Assembly (NCBI GenBank): GCA_965279035.1
Contig: OZ257142.1
Span: 1,504,001 to 1,568,000, forward strand
Reading direction: 5' to 3'
DNA: 64,000 nt
DNA from: Bacteroidia bacterium
Lineage (GTDB): Bacteria; Bacteroidota; Bacteroidia; M30B66
This document shows, in pieces, positions 59,301 to 64,000 of the stretch. Positions within the stretch are counted from its first letter, which is position 1; each line of letters starts with the position of its first letter. Under the pieces are notes generated by a model. The model did not search any database and was not told where the DNA came from. It was given only the letters and a program-made list of their open reading frames with translations. The position numbers and the translations under genes were made by a program.

Positions 59301-60081
59301 AAAGCATCTAATTGAAGAAAAACATAAGGAAATTAAAGACAGTATCAATTATGCTGAACGAATTCAGCGTTCCTTACTCGCTAGTAAAGATTTACTTAAT
59401 AAAAATTTAAATGACTATTTCATTTTTTATCAACCCAAAGATGTGGTAAGTGGAGATTTTTATTGGGCAGCTGAATTGAATAATGGTGATTTTGCTATTA
59501 TTTGCGGTGATAGCACTGGCCATGGAGTGCCCGGTGCTATTATGAGCATTTTAAATATCGCGTGCTTAAGAGAAGCCTATTTGCAGGGCATCACGCGTCC
59601 CGATTTGATCTTGAATGAAACTCGAAGATTGGTTATTGAAAATTTGAAGAATGATGGAAGTGAAGAAGGAGGGAAGGATGGTATGGATGCCAGTTTAATT
59701 TGCTTCAATCCAAGGAAAGACCGACTTACTTTTTGCGGTGCTTATAATCCAGCTTGGATTTTACGTAATCAAGAATGGATTGAATTAAAGCCCGATAAAA
59801 TGCCTATTGGAAGACACGATAAAGATTCCATCGGTTTTACATTAAAAGAAATGGAATTAATTAAAGGGGATATTATTTACCTATTTACAGATGGAATGCC
59901 CGATCAATTTGGTGGTCCATTAGGTAAAAAATATAAATACAATCAATTAAAACAGTTTTTACTTTCAATTCAGCATTTGAGTATGGAAGAGCAACATCAG
60001 GAAATTAAAACGGAGCTGAACAACTGGAAAGGAGATTTAGAGCAAGTAGATGATATTTTAGTCATTGGATTAAGGATTTAA
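56338..60081 (+). CDS. Sensor phosphatase: Reg_prop beta-propellers, Y_Y_Y, TM helix and SpoIIE/PP2C domain
   Basis: Many 'GL..N.V..I.ED..GN.W.GT..GG' repeats, 'YQFKLEG...YTFKLRA', 'PPWW', and PP2C motifs 'VSGDFY', 'DSTGHGVPGA', 'TDG' and 'DDI'. Confidence 0.92.
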   Translation: MNKINAIFLLLLFFSCSSESKKQHADNGPKVTDAMGTIVPPETIEPPEIVLLDESKLIHKPLGNPVPYPILTNAHLAGTPTIKSVINPTIIIPGRDTLMAPEVIQTTDSPFVVKKSIPIPALPMRTKDVSPFNFNYLSEDQGLISSNVLKILEDKKGNLWLGTDGGGVCKYDGKSFTNFTEKEGLSSNAVFSILEDKKGNFWFGMRSGGIIKFDGQNFTHYSINEGLGDDEVYSMYEDKRGKFWIGQKKGITRFDGKSFTHYFTKQGISKGNIFSIIEDKKGFIWFASLGGGIYRFDGKTFINFTTKDGLSDDRTSNIIEDRKGNLWITTHGGGINKFDGKQFYNYSEDAGLVSKYVNSIFEVKNGNLWICTNYGISVFDGKYFTNYTEKDGLSNNFTKCVLEDEVGNIWIGTMDGGLCKYYGKAFTNYFDVAIQSIKGVRHVREDNKGQIWFGTNFEGLFKYDGKYVWKYTKEEGLSSNSISSLLLDKFGNIWIGAFGYGVGKIDGKTITYFTTQDGLKSNNVVSINEDSSGNIWFGTYEGGATKYDGNRVEALLMGANIPIDQQNDIHKVTGKPVKTFTHFTDKQGLGGNIVWTVYRDKQNSIWFGTTEGGVTQYDGKSFQRYTINSDSSKNTVWSIFEDTSGNIWFGTFGSGAIRFDGNRVDAYEKGEIPLDEMYDVRKINGKFVKSFLYITDKEGLSNNVVRSIFQDKKEDLWIATSKSIHLFKLKNQNENQSTHSTIHSPLRIFDTHQLVELNKEDGAKVDGFYPNSVFLDRHNRIWWASTLSLSRLDLNEFNTDKIVPELQLETILIDEKFIDYLQFKTDSSQFQELPEQFEEIEYKDVSKFHNYPIDLELPYNLNHLTFNFIGIDWSAPHKLKYQFKLEGLDQDWSQLSSSNKADYRNIPFGKYTFKLRAIGISDKWSKTLEYTFVIHPPWWRTSWAYIIYTIATILTIVLIVNWNSRKLRARAKELGMKIDEAVHEIKEQKHLIEEKHKEIKDSINYAERIQRSLLASKDLLNKNLNDYFIFYQPKDVVSGDFYWAAELNNGDFAIICGDSTGHGVPGAIMSILNIACLREAYLQGITRPDLILNETRRLVIENLKNDGSEEGGKDGMDASLICFNPRKDRLTFCGAYNPAWILRNQEWIELKPDKMPIGRHDKDSIGFTLKEMELIKGDIIYLFTDGMPDQFGGPLGKKYKYNQLKQFLLSIQHLSMEEQHQEIKTELNNWKGDLEQVDDILVIGLRI

Positions 60082-60185
60082 ATTTTGTCTAGTTGAAGAT
60101 ATACCTATACTATTTAGTAGTAGGAGTTCAAATTTAGATTTTCTTGCTTTAAAAAATTATTGAAGAAAATTTAAGAAAAATTTGC

Positions 60186-60228
60186 GTAGTTAAATAACTA
60201 CATATATATTTGTAGTCAAATAGCTACA
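60186..60228. promoter_or_regulatory. Tandem palindromic operators for ArsR autoregulation
   Basis: GTAGTTA-AA-TAACTAC (60186-60201) and TGTAGTCAAATAGCTACA (60211-60228), directly before the ATG. Confidence 0.75.
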
Positions 60229-60230
60229 TA

Positions 60231-60551
60231 ATGAATTTGAGACGAGACGTATTTCAAGCGATATCCGATCCGACACGGAGGGCAATTCTTCTATTACTTA
60301 CTGCACAGTCAATGACTGCAGGTGCAATCGCTTCCAATTTTGATACAGCAAGACCGACAGTTTCTAAGCACTTGCAAATATTGACAGAGTGTGAACTCCT
60401 TAAGCAGGAACAACAAGGCCGGGAGATTTATTATCACTTCAATCCTATAAAAATGAAGGAAATCGCTGACTTTATTGAGCCATTTCGCAAAATGTGGGAT
60501 GAGAAGTTTAATAAACTTGAAACGGTAATGAAAAAATATAAAAACAAATAA
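60231..60551 (+). CDS. ArsR/SmtB family regulator
   Basis: '[14 protein letters not shown]', 'VSKHLQIL' and 'GREIYY'. Confidence 0.93.
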   Translation: MNLRRDVFQAISDPTRRAILLLLTAQSMTAGAIASNFDTARPTVSKHLQILTECELLKQEQQGREIYYHFNPIKMKEIADFIEPFRKMWDEKFNKLETVMKKYKNK

Positions 60552-60552
60552 A

Positions 60553-61017
60553 ATGGATATGAAAACACAAATACACGCAGAAGAAGGGAAGCAAGAATTA
60601 GTTATTACGAGAGAATTTGATTTGCCTTTGGATTTGCTCTTCAAAGCATATTCTGAACCCGAATTCATTGAACAATGGATGGGTGCAAAAGTGATAAAAC
60701 AGGAGAATAAAAATCATGGCAGTTTTCAATTTGAAACTTCACACAATGGACATGTTGTTTTTAAAGCAAATGGAACAATCCACCAATTTGAATTAAACGA
60801 AAGTATAATTCGAACGTTTGAAATGGATAATATGCCCATTGGTGTTCAACTCGAATTTTTGGAGTTTGAAAAAATCTCTGATGATTCAAGTAGACTGACA
60901 ATTCAAATTATTTATAAATCAGAAAAACACCGAGCAGAACAGCTCAAATTACCATTTGCTTTTGGAATTAATAAAGCTCATGACAGACTTCAAGAAATAA
61001 CTAACAATCTAAAATAA
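60553..61017 (+). CDS. SRPBCC/AHSA1 domain protein
   Basis: 'ELVITREFDLP..LLFKAYSEPE...QW'; the usual ArsR partner. Confidence 0.88.
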   Translation: MDMKTQIHAEEGKQELVITREFDLPLDLLFKAYSEPEFIEQWMGAKVIKQENKNHGSFQFETSHNGHVVFKANGTIHQFELNESIIRTFEMDNMPIGVQLEFLEFEKISDDSSRLTIQIIYKSEKHRAEQLKLPFAFGINKAHDRLQEITNNLK

Positions 61018-61018
61018 A

Positions 61019-61408
61019 ATGAAAATGAGAAATAAAATAATTTATTGGGTTGCTACAGCCTTAGTATCTTTTGGAATGTTGGGCAGTGGAATTTCTCAAC
61101 TATTACACCTCAAAGAAATGAATGAGCTCATTACTCATGTTGGCTATCCACTCTATTTTATGTACATCATTGGTGTGTGGAAAATTTTGGGTGTAATTGC
61201 TATTCTAATCCCAAACTTTAAATTATTAAAAGAATGGGCGTATGCAGGTTTCTTTTTTTTAATGACTGGAGCATTCATTTCTCACTTATTTATGGGAGAT
61301 GGCGGGAATGCTATTCTAGGACCTTTGTTCCAAACACTATTTATAGTAACCTCCTGGTATTTCAGGCCAGCTGATAGAAAATTAAGTTCTCTTTCATTTA
61401 ACCAATAA
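61019..61408 (+). CDS. DoxX-like membrane protein
   Basis: 'GYPLYF...GVWKILG' and 'LKEWAYAG'. Confidence 0.9.
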   Translation: MKMRNKIIYWVATALVSFGMLGSGISQLLHLKEMNELITHVGYPLYFMYIIGVWKILGVIAILIPNFKLLKEWAYAGFFFLMTGAFISHLFMGDGGNAILGPLFQTLFIVTSWYFRPADRKLSSLSFNQ

Positions 61409-61430
61409 GTTGAATTCAGATTGTGAACTA

Positions 61431-61572
61431 TCATTTGCCAACTATTCGTTTGAATATCAATAGCAACGTAAACTAATAATCATCCTCTTCGTATTTTTTT
61501 GCACCCAGAAAAGCACAGCATAATTACTGATGCAAATAGTATGAAACCTGCGAATATGTAAGGAAATTTCAT
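61431..61572 (-). pseudogene. Remnant of a lipoprotein gene
   Basis: MKFPYIFAGFILFASVIMLCFSGCKK, then an A7 run shifts the frame before YEEDDY*...KRIVGK*; several stops. Confidence 0.5.
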
Positions 61573-61599
61573 TTTGATAATAATCTCTCTTTTGACTAA

Positions 61600-62214
61600 T
61601 TATTTTTTTAGAATATAAAGATACAAAATTTTGAATTTTACAAATGCGGAGATCTTAGTGCATTTATCATAAATCCTAACTTGAATACCAAGCATTGTAT
61701 TGGGGAACAGAGGATTGTTTAAAATAAATCCATCCATTGAATATAGGCCCAAACCAGCAAATAACTGTATTTGTTTCATAATAAAATATTCAATTCCAAT
61801 TGAAAGAGAATTCTCGAATCTCATTTTTTTTCGATTAATGAAAAAAGGTGGTGCTAATTGATATTCTCTATAGTTTAACTGATACATTGAATATTCAAAC
61901 TGGCAAAAGAATTTAGCTTTTTTATATTCATAGATAGAATAGCGATAGCCGAGAAGAGCACCTAATGCATGTTTATTATACACGATAGTTGAAATAGGTT
62001 TTTCTTATTGAAATACTGAATATTCAGGACCTATGAAAACCGAATGCCTCTTCCATTTTAAAACTAAAAGCGCAGCATGATGAAGGATTTGCTTATGAAT
62101 ATTCAAGGAATAGCGAATTGAAATTTCAGGAGGTTTGGGAATTGAATCCTGTCCATGAGCGGATTGAAACAATGAAAATGATAGTAAGATCGCTATAACA
62201 ATGGAATGGTGCAA
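61600..62214 (-). pseudogene. Outer-membrane beta-barrel gene split by an in-frame TAA
   Basis: ...TTT CAA TAA GAA AAA CCT ATT TCA ACT ATC GTG TAT... joins ORFs 62005-62214 and 61600-61983 in one frame. Confidence 0.7.
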
Positions 62215-62387
62215 TTCGTTGATTTCATTGTTGAAGGAGATTTACAATTTAGTTCCTATCATTTCAATTGTTCGTTATCAAAAAGAAAAATCCATATTTA
62301 TATACGATTATATCAGAAAAAAAACTAGCGAGTATAGTGGGAAATTTCATTTGTTATAATATCTCGGATTTTTTAATTTTTGATTAA

Positions 62388-62975
62388 TTACAATTTTATC
62401 TGAATTCCAAGTGCTAGAAGTTTTGTAAAGGAAATACCAGGAATTTCATAATCGTATTGTGATTGAGAAATAAAATGTGCCCTATTTCTTATATGAGAAA
62501 TGCAAATAGGCTCAAAAATAAATTGAAAACGATTATTTATGACATAGTAGAATCGAGGGAAAATTCCAATATTGAAAATGGATACCCTTTTTTTCATAGG
62601 TTCATTTTGCAAATAGTTTCCAATGTCAAAGCCAAGGCCTAGTAAAAGTTTATTTTTAGATAAATGAAAAATATATTCAGCATTAAAAGCAATTGAATTA
62701 TTATCAAAGAATTTACTTCCACTAAAGACTTTTATGGGTATACCTACTATTAGCTTGCCTGAAAGTCTGTCGTTATACTGATAATTTATAAAGAAGTTAT
62801 TATTATAAAATGCATTCACAGAGCCTATTTTACCATTTATAAGTTGGTATAGATTATCATGAAGATAACCTACATAGAGTTTACCTTTCTTTTCTGGTTG
62901 TATTGCTTGTGAAAATACATTTAATGTAGAAAAATATAAAATTATCAAAGCGATCCAGTACCCAAAAAATCTCAT
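62388..62975 (-). CDS. Hypothetical outer-membrane beta-barrel protein
   Basis: Signal peptide and terminal 'LGIQIKL'. Confidence 0.6.
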   Translation of the reverse strand: MRFFGYWIALIILYFSTLNVFSQAIQPEKKGKLYVGYLHDNLYQLINGKIGSVNAFYNNNFFINYQYNDRLSGKLIVGIPIKVFSGSKFFDNNSIAFNAEYIFHLSKNKLLLGLGFDIGNYLQNEPMKKRVSIFNIGIFPRFYYVINNRFQFIFEPICISHIRNRAHFISQSQYDYEIPGISFTKLLALGIQIKL

Positions 62976-62992
62976 GAAATCTAATGTAAGAA

Positions 62993-64000
62993 TTAGTTTT
63001 TAAGAAAGGTTCCTTTTGAATTTAATTTATCTTCATTTATTAAAATGAAATAAGAACCGTGTGATAAACTCTTAACGTCTATAGCAACTGTACCTTTAAT
63101 TCCAGTAAGGTTTCCTTTCATGACTTCTGTTCCTAAAACAGAATATATTGAATATGTTACTTTTGGTAGATCAGGTACAACAAAAGAGATTGATTCATTA
63201 GTTGGATTTGGAAATAATAAAAGAGAAACTGGAACTTTATTTTTTTCATTTTTCCTAATTGGTAAAGATAAGTAATTTAAGTTTGGATTCTCGATTCTTT
63301 GAGGTGGACAGTATACAGGATTTGCGATAATATCATATTCAGATATATCTCCTGGAGCAAATTCATCTGCGCCTGTAACTTCACCTTGAGCTACAAATGT
63401 AATATGAGTACCTGGCTCAATTGTAACGTTTGGTCCGAAGGCTATATCTCCTATCGCAGCGATAGTCAAATTCCCAGTTAGATGAATATTGCTCAATGAA
63501 ATATTAGGCTGCAATTCACAACACTCTCTTGGTATGCTCTCACTTGAATAAGCTTCCGCACTATAATTAAAAGAATAATTACAATTATTTGAGTTTATCA
63601 TTTTGGGAATCGGATTATAGTTAAAATTGGAGTTAATAGATGGCGAAGGAGAAATCTTTGTATATGTACCGTTTAAAAATTCACCTTCGATTGCTGAACA
63701 AGGATTTTTCAAATTTAAAGACCAACTATAGGTCCCATTTGGTGCTTGATTTCCATTTTCATCTAATCCATTCCATGAAATTACATCTTGAGGATTAACA
63801 ATAGAAATTTCTCTGATAATTCCAGAACTATTTGAGATTCTTAAGAAGAGTTGGGTTACATTTGATAAATTTGAAAAGGTTAAAAGTCCTGATTGAACAG
63901 TTTGTAAAGCATGAAAAACTTGAGCACTATTTTCACCTTTGGAAAAAATATGAGATATTTGGTCCCCACAACTTAAGCAACCTGCATCAAAATTTAAATT
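62993..64000 (-). CDS. 3' part of a T9SS type A cargo protein (5' end beyond the window)
   Basis: The frame stays open from 63712 to 64000 and includes FlgD-Ig-like 'WNGLDENGNQAPNGTY'. C-terminal CTD 'LFPNPTN..IYSVLG..LSHGSYFI'. Confidence 0.85.
   Translation of the reverse strand, partial: NLNFDAGCLSCGDQISHIFSKGENSAQVFHALQTVQSGLLTFSNLSNVTQLFLRISNSSGIIREISIVNPQDVISWNGLDENGNQAPNGTYSWSLNLKNPCSAIEGEFLNGTYTKISPSPSINSNFNYNPIPKMINSNNCNYSFNYSAEAYSSESIPRECCELQPNISLSNIHLTGNLTIAAIGDIAFGPNVTIEPGTHITFVAQGEVTGADEFAPGDISEYDIIANPVYCPPQRIENPNLNYLSLPIRKNEKNKVPVSLLLFPNPTNESISFVVPDLPKVTYSIYSVLGTEVMKGNLTGIKGTVAIDVKSLSHGSYFILINEDKLNSKGTFLKN

Noticed and set aside
11651-62007. TAA recoding suggested by two in-frame TAA codons (11651, 62005)
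   Set aside because: TAA is the normal stop for most intact genes here, so isolated nonsense mutations or errors are simpler.

Overview
AT-rich bacterial chromosomal window, very likely Bacteroidota: it has several T9SS type A/B C-terminal sorting domains, a Fib_succ_major lipoprotein, DUF4372-IS4 and Bacteroidota-type intergenic repeats. I saw no rRNA, tRNA or CRISPR array. Left to right it holds: the 5' part of a giant secreted repeat protein that the ORF track misses (minus strand, 864-bp tandem units); a DUF4139 protein; TetR divergent from an unusual ABC-membrane-domain/HlyD fusion with no ATPase, plus TolC; an icd-hyp-DUF6671 (nonsense-split)-CbbR-like LysR operon; a frameshifted T9SS cargo gene; DUF748; three copies of a non-coding MITE with ACCC-type ends, two with perfect 8-bp target duplications and one interrupted by an IS1595; many small accessory genes; a korC-like/korA/korB operon; a HipA-like kinase-DUF3037 pair beside an orphan tyrosine recombinase; a BON/SDR/Dps stress cluster; an intact IS4; GNATs and AlkZ; a possible thioester-domain protein; a signal-less muramidase paired with a membrane protein; a propeller-PP2C sensor; ArsR-SRPBCC-DoxX; and a decaying right end. 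Family assignments come from motif recognition by eye, not from database searches.
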